Assembly (NCBI GenBank): GCA_963667175.2
Contig: CAXXXF010000003.1
Span: 256,001 to 320,000, forward strand
Direction: 5' to 3'
DNA: 64,000 nt
Source: Candidatus Latescibacterota bacterium
GTDB taxonomy: Bacteria > Latescibacterota > UBA2968 > GCA-2709665
The notes under the pieces were generated by a model. It worked only from the letters and a program-made list of their open reading frames with translations, had not been told where the DNA came from and made no database searches. Both the position numbers and the translations under genes were made by a program. Position 1 is the stretch's first letter, and every line of letters begins with the position of its first letter. Positions 41,128 to 51,500 of the stretch are shown here, piece after piece.

Positions 41128-42675
41128 ATGACCCTCCCCAAACGCGTCACGAGTCTTGTCGTTCTCGCCCTCGCGGCGTCGATCTGCATGCCGTCTTTCG
41201 CGTCGCGCGTGACGGGGGTGTTTTCGGGGGCGTCGCTTCAGGTGGATGCCAGAGTCGAGAGTACGCCGCAAAACGACGCGGTGCGGACCTTGCCGCCGCC
41301 GCAAGCGGGCGATACCGTCTCGTTTCAGTTGTTCGCGGCCGCCGCCGCCGGACAGTCGACCAACGGCTACGTGATCGAACTCGATCTGCCGGGCCGGACG
41401 TTTTCGAGCGATATCGGAACCCTTTGGGGCGTGGACTGGAACGGCGACGCGCTGGTGAGCGCGGGGCCGGCCGGGTTGTCCGCGCTGTTCCTCTCCCCGG
41501 CGACGGCGCCGTCCACGGGGTATCTGGGTCAGATCAACGTGCCCGTGACAACCGCCCTCGACTCTGGCGACGTCCTCAGGGTCAAGCGCATGACGATGAC
41601 CAGCGGGAACGACCTGGATCAACTGGACGTGTCCGCGGCGGCGATCGCCTTTTCGACCGGCGGCAATCCCGGCGATTTCGACAACGACGGAACGGTGGGC
41701 CTTTCGGATTTCCTGATGTTTGTGAGAGTCTTCGGGACGTCCTCGTCGGACGCGGGATTTGACGGCAGGATGGACTTCGACGACGACGGGACGGTGGACC
41801 TGACGGATTTTGAGGCGTTTGTGAAGGTTTTCGGCACGACGTACGCGCGCGACGACCGGCCCCTCGCGGGCGGGTCGATACGCAGGCTGACCAACCATAC
41901 CGCGGACGACCGGGCGCCCGCCTGGTCGCCCGACGGTCGGTACGTCATCTTCACGTCCAACCGTGACGACAACGACCAGATCTACGTGATGGAAGCGGAC
42001 GGGAGCGATCCGCGCCGGCTGACCCGCCACGATGCCTACGACGCCGAACCCGCCTGGTCGCCGGACGGCCGGCACATCGTCTTCATGTCCGACCGCGACG
42101 GCCACGCCGATATCTACGTAATGGGGGCGGATGGGAGCGACCCGCGCAGGTTGACCCGCCACGATGCCTATGACGCCGAACCCGCCTGGTCGCCGGACGG
42201 CCGGCGCATCGCCTTCATGTCCGACCGGGACGGCCACGCCGATATCTACGTGATGGGGGCGGACGGGAGCGACCCGCGCCGGCTGACCCGCGACGATGCC
42301 TACGATTCTCAACCCGCCTGGTCGCCGGACGGCAGGCACATCGCCTTCACGTCCGACCGCGACGATTACTTCGACGTCTACGTGATGGGGGCGGACGGGA
42401 GCGATCCGCGCCGGCTGACCCGAAACGAGGCCTACGACTCTCAACCCGCCTGGTCGCCCGACGGCCGGCGTATCGCCTTCGTTTCGGATCGCGACGGCAA
42501 CGACGAGATCTACGTGATGGAGGCGGACGGGAGCGACCCGCGACGGCTGACCGACGTCGAGGCGCTTGACGTGAGTCCCGCCTGGTCGCCCGATGGTCGC
42601 CGCATCGCCTACTCCTCCTTGTCGGACAGCGATTGGGAGATCTACGTAATCGCGCTTCAGGACGGAGGGCCGTAA
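41128..42675 (+). CDS. Array protein G: signal peptide, beta-sandwich (possibly cohesin-like), dockerin-like pair, PD40 propeller
   Basis: GGAG RBS then ATG 41128; GDFDNDGTVGLSDF / DFDDDGTVDLTDF; 6 near-identical 44-aa PAWSPDG repeats. Confidence 0.85.
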   Translation: MTLPKRVTSLVVLALAASICMPSFASRVTGVFSGASLQVDARVESTPQNDAVRTLPPPQAGDTVSFQLFAAAAAGQSTNGYVIELDLPGRTFSSDIGTLWGVDWNGDALVSAGPAGLSALFLSPATAPSTGYLGQINVPVTTALDSGDVLRVKRMTMTSGNDLDQLDVSAAAIAFSTGGNPGDFDNDGTVGLSDFLMFVRVFGTSSSDAGFDGRMDFDDDGTVDLTDFEAFVKVFGTTYARDDRPLAGGSIRRLTNHTADDRAPAWSPDGRYVIFTSNRDDNDQIYVMEADGSDPRRLTRHDAYDAEPAWSPDGRHIVFMSDRDGHADIYVMGADGSDPRRLTRHDAYDAEPAWSPDGRRIAFMSDRDGHADIYVMGADGSDPRRLTRDDAYDSQPAWSPDGRHIAFTSDRDDYFDVYVMGADGSDPRRLTRNEAYDSQPAWSPDGRRIAFVSDRDGNDEIYVMEADGSDPRRLTDVEALDVSPAWSPDGRRIAYSSLSDSDWEIYVIALQDGGP

Positions 42676-42706
42676 CCGTCCGGCTGCTGCGGCCTTGGGA
42701 CGTATC

Positions 42707-45700
42707 CTACGGCAGCGCGTCGAACTCACTCCAGATGGCGCCCGCTTTTGCCGCTTCGAGTCCGGTGGTCGGCAGCATGAAAAAGAGCGCTTGAATCCGT
42801 TCCCCGGGCCCCATCCACCGGTCCATGTTGCCACTGAGAAAGCATCCGACCTCGCCCAGCGCGAACCCTCCCGCGCGGGCGCCTTCCCCGGTTGCGCTCA
42901 CGAACAACACCTCTCCGTTCTTCCCGACGATCCCGCCCCAGTCCCAGTTCCCGCCGCTGGTCCAGTGGGGCGCCGCAAGCGTTGAGACGGACTCTTCGGT
43001 CGCGTTATGGAACGCCGCGGTCCCGGGCGAGGCGGCGAACGCCGGCCAGACGGCGAAGCCCACGTCTCCATCGGCGCCGAGTCCGAGTTCGTCGCGACAC
43101 GTCACGAGAATGGCAAGCACGTCCGCCCCGGGCGTCAGCAGGTATTCCAATGCGATCGACTGCCCGCGGGCGTGCTCCTGCGCGATGCGGCAGTGGACGC
43201 GCACCCCGCGCCAGACCAGGCCCTGGCGCCCCTTCCGTTCGATCACCCGGTACCGGAACCGCTCCTTGTAGAGCGTATCTTCCAGCCGGTCGTACTCCGG
43301 CGAGATGCCGCCGTGCCAGGGGTTCATCCAGGCGCGTGGCTCCGCGTCCGGATACGGGCTGTTGAGATACTCCAGGCCCTCCCGCCGGAGAGAAATCACG
43401 GATCCCAGGAAAGCAGGCGCGACCCTCACGGCCAGGATCCCGTTGTCGACCAGGATGACGCGTCCCTTTTCCTGGCGCGACACCCGCACCCGGCCGGCAT
43501 CCGGGGGAAGAACCAGCGCCCTATGCGTGAACCTGTAGACCGCCTCCACCGTCTCGAATCGAACGCTGATGTCCTTCGCTCCCGGCCGTGTCCGGCTCGT
43601 GGGCCGAATGGCCACCTTCTGCACCACCGGCTTTGACTCGCAGAGCCCGTGGACCCTGACGGCCGTAACGCCCGCGCGCAGACCGCCGGATGGTTTGACA
43701 ATGAGTTCGCCGTCCAGCGTGTGCCTGCCAACGTGATCGAGCCGCAACGTCGCGTCGGCGCGCTCGTCCGCCACGATCAGCGGGCGCGGCTCGATGCGGC
43801 ACTCGATCGGCCTTCGCTCCGGCGCAGCAGGCGTCTCGATTTCCGGAACGCGGTCGAACAGGGTCCGCCACCACGCCCGGACGGTCTGCCAGTTCCCATC
43901 GCCCACAAAGACGTAAAGGGGTTCCAGCGACATTGACGCGCCAGGCGCCACGCGGACGGCCCCGGTTCGAAGGCTCCCCCATGGACCGGGGCTCACCCGC
44001 TCGGCCTTGCCCCAGAGCATCCCGGCGGCGCAGCCATCCTCTTTTTCGGCGCAGAACCATCCTTCGGGCCACGAATCCGCCTCCTCCGAAAGCCTGAGTT
44101 CGTCCAGGTCGCGTCCGCCCGAACCGGAGGCCTGTCGGACCACCCCCGGTTTTCCCGGCACGACCAGCGACGCGTTGCGTGAGATATCCATCCACCAGTT
44201 CTGCGACACGGCAAGTTCCAGCGGCAGCGTCGATCCGTTGACGACCGTATCCATCACACTCACCAGCGGACCCTGGCCGACCAGGATTCGTCTGTCCAGC
44301 GAAACGCCCGGCCGAAGCACGGACCGTGTACGCTGCCGCAGCGCAACCCCGAAGGCGTCCCGTTCGACCCACGCCTCGGCCTTCTCCTGAAACAGATCGC
44401 CGCCGGAAAACGGAGGCCCCAGCCTCGGTCCGTGCAGGCTGATTCTTCGGGACCTCAGCGCGCGGAGTCTGTGGAAGATCGATACGCCCCCATTGCGCAA
44501 ATCAGCGCTGACCATCAGTCCGCCGCCGCGAAGCAGGGCGCCGTCCGCCCCAATTCCTCCGGACACGCCCCCTGGCTCAACTGCAAGCAGATCGAGGCGT
44601 TTGGTCTTGACCGGAATGGCCCTGCCGCCCGTCGCGGCGGTCGTCTCAACGTCAATGGCAACCGGCCCGGCCCCGGGCGCCGTCACCGGTACCGCCAACT
44701 CGGCCCCGCCCTTCGGGTCGAGCGTCACCTGCTGTTCGTCCGCGATGACGTCGACGCCGCCCGCGGGCATGACCCGCAACCGCGCCGTGCAGGCCTCGTC
44801 CAGGTTCGACCGCAGGGTCAGCTTCGCTTCCTGGGGAATTCCTGGCGTCAGGATCGACCGTACGACGTCCATGGAAACGTCCACGGCCTGCCTGGCGGCG
44901 ATCCCGGCCGCCAGTTCGATCCCCATTCCATCAATCACCAGGTCGGTCCGGAGCACGGCCGCTTTGGGCTCACGCGTCTTCTCTTCGATACTCGGATCGA
45001 TGACGAACGAGCCTTCGATTTCCGCGGCGTCCGTGACGTCCAGCGCCTTTCGCGTTTCGACCTTGACGCCCGGATCCCCGGACGCGGCGAGAAAGACGCG
45101 CGCCGGATGCGGCTTCCTGTTTTCGATGCGCCAGCGGACGGCGTGCGGGACGCCCGCGATCAGCTTCTCATCGAACAGGCTGCACGTCGCCACCAGATCG
45201 CTGGTCTCGATCTCGATGATCCCCCAGCTCTGCCGGTCGAATACCAGTCTGAGCAGGTCGCCGTCGGGCGCGCGCCAGAGGTACTCGTAAACCTTCACCC
45301 TGCCCCGCGTCATCACGTCCTCTTCGAGACTGAGTTCCCGCACCTGGGTGTCGTACCAGTCGTGCCTGGCGAAGAAAGAGGCGGCGAGCGGGTGCCGGCG
45401 GGCGGCGGGCGTGAAGTTCTCCATGTGCACGGATGAGTCGGGCCGCCACATGAAGCCCATTTTCTTGTACAGGGGAACGGCCTGCAGGTTTCCCGGCCAG
45501 GTGTAGAGATCGACCTTCCGGCATCCCGCCTCGAACGCGCGGTCCATCGCGCCCCACAGCGCCGACTTGCCGTGCTTCTTCCCGTGGTAATCCGGATGGC
45601 AGTTGAGGTGCGGGATAAACGCCTGCGCCTTCTGTCCGGGCGTTGTCCTGATCGTGCACAGGCTGATGATACGCTCTTCATTCTCCGTGACGATCGCGCC

Positions 45701-45895
45701 CAGCAGGTTGCTCTCCCGGATGCTTCGCTCCTGCTCCTCGGGACTCGTCTGCCAGCCGCCGCCGCCCGGCCAGCCCACGTCCGCTTCCATTTTGAGCGCG
45801 GCCAGTTTTTCGGCGTCGCCTTCCCGCCAGTCCTCCACGAGGTTTCGGGTCTTATGGAGCAACGGCTCCTCCCTCTTCTTCAGCCCTGATCTCAT
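42707..45895 (-). CDS. Large GNAT-family N-acetyltransferase domain protein
   Basis: 1062 aa; N-terminal LNCHPDYHGKKHGK (motif A) and TWPGNLQAVPLYKKMGF (motif B); long beta-rich C-terminal region. Confidence 0.85.
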   Translation of the reverse strand: MRSGLKKREEPLLHKTRNLVEDWREGDAEKLAALKMEADVGWPGGGGWQTSPEEQERSIRESNLLGAIVTENEERIISLCTIRTTPGQKAQAFIPHLNCHPDYHGKKHGKSALWGAMDRAFEAGCRKVDLYTWPGNLQAVPLYKKMGFMWRPDSSVHMENFTPAARRHPLAASFFARHDWYDTQVRELSLEEDVMTRGRVKVYEYLWRAPDGDLLRLVFDRQSWGIIEIETSDLVATCSLFDEKLIAGVPHAVRWRIENRKPHPARVFLAASGDPGVKVETRKALDVTDAAEIEGSFVIDPSIEEKTREPKAAVLRTDLVIDGMGIELAAGIAARQAVDVSMDVVRSILTPGIPQEAKLTLRSNLDEACTARLRVMPAGGVDVIADEQQVTLDPKGGAELAVPVTAPGAGPVAIDVETTAATGGRAIPVKTKRLDLLAVEPGGVSGGIGADGALLRGGGLMVSADLRNGGVSIFHRLRALRSRRISLHGPRLGPPFSGGDLFQEKAEAWVERDAFGVALRQRTRSVLRPGVSLDRRILVGQGPLVSVMDTVVNGSTLPLELAVSQNWWMDISRNASLVVPGKPGVVRQASGSGGRDLDELRLSEEADSWPEGWFCAEKEDGCAAGMLWGKAERVSPGPWGSLRTGAVRVAPGASMSLEPLYVFVGDGNWQTVRAWWRTLFDRVPEIETPAAPERRPIECRIEPRPLIVADERADATLRLDHVGRHTLDGELIVKPSGGLRAGVTAVRVHGLCESKPVVQKVAIRPTSRTRPGAKDISVRFETVEAVYRFTHRALVLPPDAGRVRVSRQEKGRVILVDNGILAVRVAPAFLGSVISLRREGLEYLNSPYPDAEPRAWMNPWHGGISPEYDRLEDTLYKERFRYRVIERKGRQGLVWRGVRVHCRIAQEHARGQSIALEYLLTPGADVLAILVTCRDELGLGADGDVGFAVWPAFAASPGTAAFHNATEESVSTLAAPHWTSGGNWDWGGIVGKNGEVLFVSATGEGARAGGFALGEVGCFLSGNMDRWMGPGERIQALFFMLPTTGLEAAKAGAIWSEFDALP

Positions 45896-45956
45896 TGGGC
45901 CAACGGTTTAATATTATTTAATTAATGTGGAACACCACGTGTGTTTCGGCTGTCTG

Positions 45957-48290
45957 CTACTTCACCACGAACGCCGCGTCCTTCGTGACGGTCTCGCCGC
46001 TGTTCACGTCCGTGACTGAAACCTGCAGCACCTGCCGTCCGGTGTTTTGACGTCCCAGTTGGAACGCGACGTACTCCACCTCCGAGCGTTCCGTCCCAAC
46101 CTGCTCGGTTTCCACCTCGACCTCGGCCCGCCGGTTTCCACGCAACCTCACCAGACGTGCGATGTTGCTCACCTCGGGATTTCCCTTTTCACCTACGGTA
46201 TAGGCCACACGGTATTTTGTACGTCCGAACGTGTCTCTGACCAGATTGTAGATTTCGTAGTAAACGTAGATGCTGTGTCCCTTGCCGTAGGTTCGGGTCG
46301 GCATCGGTACGACGTGCAATTCCCCTTTGCTGAATTTGCCACTCTCGTCGTCTTCCGTGATTCGCCAGGCCAGCGCCAGGTCGCTCATCCGAAGACCGGT
46401 CTCCGGGTACGCCTCCACCTGGATCGTCTGCCGGTACCGGCCGAGCTTGCCGGTGCGTCTGTCCCTGGCTTTCACCTCCATCCGGTAGTGGCCTGGCGGA
46501 ACCTCCAGCCGAACGACGTCCGGAACAAACGCCCCCTCCTGTTGCCTCACGTCTCCATCGTGACGGAACCGAACGTCGCCGTTCACGCGGTGCACGGCGC
46601 CGGTTTCCTTGTTCAGCACGGCGACAGTCCTTTCGACTTCGAGCGTCGTCACGTCCTCGGCCTCCAGGTACTGCGCTGCCTGCTGTGGAATCCCCGCGTA
46701 GACTTCCAGTGCGGACGCCGCTTCAGCCTGCCCTCGGAAATCCGCCAGATCGTAATAGAACTCCAGAGGATCGTCGTTCTCGGGCGGCTGGTAGTAGTCG
46801 GGATATCGCGCCGCCGTTCGCATGCTTACATTTCTTGGACTCAACCGGTTGAACGCGGCCAATTTTCGAATGTCGATATCCACGTCGACGGGCGGCGGCG
46901 CGTAATCGAAAGCGCCGTTCAACATCTCATCCGTAAACGTCACCTCCATACCGCCGCCCACGCCGTCATTGACGTAGACCCAGCTTTCCCACGGGACCGT
47001 CGACGTATCCATTTCATTGGCAAGCACGGGCCTGTAGGCGGGGGCCATGAAGCCGCCAAGTTCGCTATCTACGGGGATGCTTCGAACCGGAAAAGAGACC
47101 AGGATGTCTCCCCAACTCGCAACCTCCCCCGCGCCGTGGATCTGTATTGCAAGCGCCTCCTTAACCCTGTGCACGTCCACGCTCTGCTGGAAATTCATCC
47201 AGTCCGACCTGGAACGGTGGTCCGGCTCTCCGAATCTCACGTATACTTCTCCCCGCGTATCCCAGGGCTGCCGTGATTTGGAAAAATGCTGTCGCGCGAA
47301 CCACACTCGCCGGTAGTGTTCCAGTCGCCGCTCGTTGGCAGCCGTTGTCAGATCAGTGTCCCGGTCTCCCCAGAACCGGGTAAGAAATGCGTCCCTCTCG
47401 TGCGCCTGCGTAAAAGCCTCGTATTCGTCGGCAGAAGCCAGGAGCCGGATATCCTCATACAGCATCCGTTCCGCCGGTTCACAGGCTTCGAGATACCTCT
47501 CGAACGTGACCTCGGCCATGTCCAGGGAATCCAGCTCGATATAGGCGTTCGCGAGGACGGGCGCCATTTCGATCGCATCAGGATGGTTCTGCATCTGCGC
47601 GCGCATCAGGTCCACAACGCGAGCGTGGTCTCCGGCTTCAGCGAGCGCACCGGCAAGGAGCAGCGTGACGTCCGGATCTTCGGGCCGTAGAGACAGGAAT
47701 CGTTCGTAGTGCTCCGCCGCGCGCAGATGATCTTGCTTGAAGGTCTCATACCATTCCCCGAGCAGCCGGTGCGCAGGCGCAAACGCGGCATCCATCCGGA
47801 TCAGTTTTTCCGCTTCGCGCTTTACATCGTATTCTCCCAACGCGTACCTCGCCTCGGCGACGTGGTATCGCGCTTCCAGGTAGCTCCGGTCATATTGCAG
47901 CGCCTTCTTGAAGTAGTCGATCGCGGCGTACAGACCCTTCGGTTTTTCCCGCCACACAAGGCCGAGTCCGTTGTACGCCGGAGCGTATCTGTGCTGCTTC
48001 CGCCGCGCATCCATAAAGGCCCGTTCGGCGGCGTTCAAATCGCCATCCTTCAGGTATACGTGGCCCAGACCGACGTGCGAAGGCGCATGTTTCCCGTCAA
48101 TTTCGATTGCCGCGCGGAATTTTGACGCTGCCGCGTCCAGGCTGTCGCTGTCGAGCAGATCCATCCCCTCGATGTAGAGGCGCTTAACCAACGCCCGCTC
48201 CTCATTGGACGTCGACGTCGCCATGGCCTCCGAGTTGAAGAACGTCACCGCGACAGTGGCCAGAACCCTCAAAACCGTTGCAGATCTCAT
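45957..48290 (-). CDS. GWxTD-like domain protein with TPR repeats, secreted
   Basis: GGAGG RBS; signal peptide; TPRs; FW..RD....ANERRLEHYRRV...PWDTRGEVYVRFGEP; YYEIYNL C-terminal domain. Confidence 0.87.
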   Translation of the reverse strand: MRSATVLRVLATVAVTFFNSEAMATSTSNEERALVKRLYIEGMDLLDSDSLDAAASKFRAAIEIDGKHAPSHVGLGHVYLKDGDLNAAERAFMDARRKQHRYAPAYNGLGLVWREKPKGLYAAIDYFKKALQYDRSYLEARYHVAEARYALGEYDVKREAEKLIRMDAAFAPAHRLLGEWYETFKQDHLRAAEHYERFLSLRPEDPDVTLLLAGALAEAGDHARVVDLMRAQMQNHPDAIEMAPVLANAYIELDSLDMAEVTFERYLEACEPAERMLYEDIRLLASADEYEAFTQAHERDAFLTRFWGDRDTDLTTAANERRLEHYRRVWFARQHFSKSRQPWDTRGEVYVRFGEPDHRSRSDWMNFQQSVDVHRVKEALAIQIHGAGEVASWGDILVSFPVRSIPVDSELGGFMAPAYRPVLANEMDTSTVPWESWVYVNDGVGGGMEVTFTDEMLNGAFDYAPPPVDVDIDIRKLAAFNRLSPRNVSMRTAARYPDYYQPPENDDPLEFYYDLADFRGQAEAASALEVYAGIPQQAAQYLEAEDVTTLEVERTVAVLNKETGAVHRVNGDVRFRHDGDVRQQEGAFVPDVVRLEVPPGHYRMEVKARDRRTGKLGRYRQTIQVEAYPETGLRMSDLALAWRITEDDESGKFSKGELHVVPMPTRTYGKGHSIYVYYEIYNLVRDTFGRTKYRVAYTVGEKGNPEVSNIARLVRLRGNRRAEVEVETEQVGTERSEVEYVAFQLGRQNTGRQVLQVSVTDVNSGETVTKDAAFVVK

Positions 48291-48504
48291 TTTGAACCTC
48301 CAGGGAAAAACAGTCCTTTCGAAGATTTGGAGCCGTTTCACGTGAGCAGGTCTGGGTCTACTCTTCCGATTGGACCGGAAATAACCACAATACGGTGCGG
48401 CGCGTGTCCGCAATTCGCTAACCGCTGGTTTTTTTCTTTGTGCCTTCGTGTCTTTGTGTGAGATGAATTCCGGTAATCTATCTCCCGATCGGATACGTCG
48501 ATGC

Positions 48505-51500
48505 CTACTCCAGCACCAGTTCAACCGTCTTTTCACGCTCGGCGCCGGCGTGGTTGTCGCGCACCCTGACAGTGAGCAGAAACTCCCCGCTTCCGGCCTT
48601 GCTCAGGTCCAGCGAGCGATATTCCCTCGTATCCGGCGTATCGCCCAGTTGCGAGACGCTAACGGTGGTCGCGGGTTTCTTCCCGCTGCCGAAGATTCTG
48701 AGCAGCCTCCTGACGCCCCTCTGCTTCAGTCGGGTCAGTCCGTACGAAATATCGAACGAAGTCGTGCCCCGCAGGTCGGGCGTCAGGTTGTAGAGCTCGA
48801 AGTAAATGTAAACCGGATCCTTGCGGGAGAAACGAAGCGAGGGATTGGGTACGGCATTGAGTCCACGAACGTTGAACCCTTCGTTTCCCTCCACGTCGGG
48901 CCAGATCACATGCGCCGGTACGACGCTGCTCATCTCCAGATCCGTCTCCGAGAAGTGCGGAATTCGCACGTCCTGCTTCCAACCTCCCAGACGGTTGCCC
49001 CGCAAGGGCCGCAGGAAAAACGCCGCATGGCTTGAATCGGGGCTCGTGGAAAGCCGAAGTAAGCCCAGACTCCGGTCCTCGTAACGCGACCGTTCCACCT
49101 GCGCCTTGCGTACGTATCCGGTCAGGTTTTCGAACCGGTTCCATTGCAGGTCGTGCAGCGACAACCCGTACTCGTAGACCGCCGACGTATCGGGCAACTG
49201 GTTGTAGTCTTTTTTCAGCGCCTTGAAGGGCATTCCATAGTACAGCTCAACGTCGCCCTTACCTCCTTCGCCCTTGAAATACGCCAGGTAGGACTCGTAA
49301 TCCAGTTCGTCCACGTCGTCCTTCCATGAGTGCCGGTCCGTCTGCAACCCCGTCTCCACGGACCGGCGCGCTTCACGCCTGTATTTCTCGTTTTCCCATC
49401 GGAGCCGCGCGCCATAGTTCCCCGAGCCGGACAGGGACTCCACGAGCCGCCAGTTGGAACCCATGCTGCTCGGCGTGGCGACGAAATTGAACACCATCTT
49501 CGGAAAGGCATCCGTCTTCCAGTAGTGCCAGACTTCCTGCATCGAGAACTTCTGCGTATCGGACGCCCGCCCGTGCCGAATGTAAATCAGGCCCGGATCG
49601 TTGAACCGGTCGTTTAACTCAACCGTACTCGGGTATGGGATGTCATCGCCCTGGTCGGGATCGTAGAACCAGGTACGAAATCCGTCGTAAATGTAATATC
49701 GCTCGGCATACAGGATCCGCCGATAGTGCTCCGCAAGCCGTACGTTGGGAAACACCGCGGGCGTGGGGTCCCTGCTCACCCAGACCTTGCGGAAGAACTC
49801 CCGAAAAGACGTCTGCGTTTCGAGCCTGGAAAACGCATCCATCTCCTCGACGCTTACGATATATTTCACGTCTTCATACATCAGTCGGGCGTCCAGGGAG
49901 TCTCGAATGCTCTCCACCGCCTCGTTGTAATAGCCCTCACCCTTCTCAACCTCTTCCTGTCCGTAGGCAATGCGCGCCAGGGAAAGATAGGCCGGTATCA
50001 CGCTCAATGACGGATCCGACGCAAGCCACGCCCGCAACACCGTATCTGCCCGCGCCGTCCGCCCGGCGAGCCGCAGGGCATCGCCCTCGAAGTAGCGCGC
50101 GAATTCGGAACCATGCCTGCGCATCCACTTCAGTGCGTCCTTCGGATCCGTATTGTCCAGGAAATACAGGTACAGACGCCGCAACCTGCGCCGGTGCACG
50201 GGTTCGTCCGGCTTTCTCCGGACCTGGTTCTCGCCAAGCCGTACCGCCTCGATGAATGCCTTGTCATAGCGTTTGAGGACCGCGTACTGATAAAGGGCGT
50301 CACGGTATTGCGGCGCTTTGTCCAGCAGTTGTCTGAAGTGCCGGTCCGATCGCCGCCAGTCCAGCCAGCGTGCAACCGTCCCCTTGAACTTGCCGGCTTC
50401 GCGGTAGGCGATCGCCCGTCGATAGAGTGCTTTCGGATTGTCAGGATCCCTCTCCAGAATCCGCCCTGACCATTTCTTCTGGTCGCCCCAGTTCTCCTCC
50501 GCCATCGCCACGTCGCTCAAAGCCATCAGCGCCGAAGGCGATTCCGGCGCCCGCTTCAGCGCCCGCTTCAGGGTATATTTGGCGTCTTCCCAGGCGTCCT
50601 GTTGCAAATACGTCCTTCCCAACCCCACATAGGCCGGCGCGTACCCGTCGTCCTCAGAAATCGCGTCTTCGAATCGCTGCTTCGCCTCGTCGAGTTTGCC
50701 CGCGGCCAGCATTCCGATCCCCTGGTTGTACGCCGCCGGCCCTTCGGGGTCTGCCGCCAGCGTCCCTCTGGACGCCGGGGGTCCGCCGGCGCCCGCCGGA
50801 GAAGAACCCCGTTCCCGTATCTGTCGCGGAACGCGACGGGGCCGAACGCCCGTTCCAGGGCCCGTCGCCCGCTCGAATTCCGTGCGCCGCGTCCCGGGGT
50901 TGGCGTTAAGGCGTCGCACAAGCGTGTCGCTGTCGACGAGATGGATCAGGCGGACGCCCTCCAGGTCGCGAGTTGCAACGGGTTCCGCGCCGTCCAGCAG
51001 CAGCCGTTCGGGCCGCGGCACCATCGTGGACGGGAACACCAGCACGCCGCGCGCGGGCGGGTCCGCGGCGGTCGCGCCCGGCTGCGCGTGGGCGGCGGCG
51101 GGATCCGAGACCGAGACGACCGTGATCGACCCGATCATGCCCCCGCCTTGGGCTTCATCGAGGCCTTCTACCGCGGCAGCAACCGCCTCGGCGCCGTATA
51201 CGGACACCTCCGCCGTCACGTCTGCCGCCCTCTCCAGCGCATTTTCATCCGGCATCGCCTCCTTCGCGAATCCCGAGAACGCCGGAACGTAGACCACGCG
51301 GATGGTATCCGTATCCCAGACGTCTGCGGCCATCTGGCCGCGGGTACGATTCACCACCAGCACGTTCGGCGTGGCCGGCGCCGGCATGATCAGATGGACG
51401 GGAGCGCTCCACCGACCGGACAGGTCGTCATCCTTCGCAACGCGGTTCATGAACCCCATGAGGTTCAGGCTCACGCGCGCGTCGATCCGGCGCATCCGGA

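Noticed and set aside
16568-42675. Diversity-generating retroelement as the source of propeller variation
   Set aside because: No reverse transcriptase or non-coding template repeat is visible in the window, and the loop differences include indels and non-adenine changes. A trans-acting DGR cannot be excluded.
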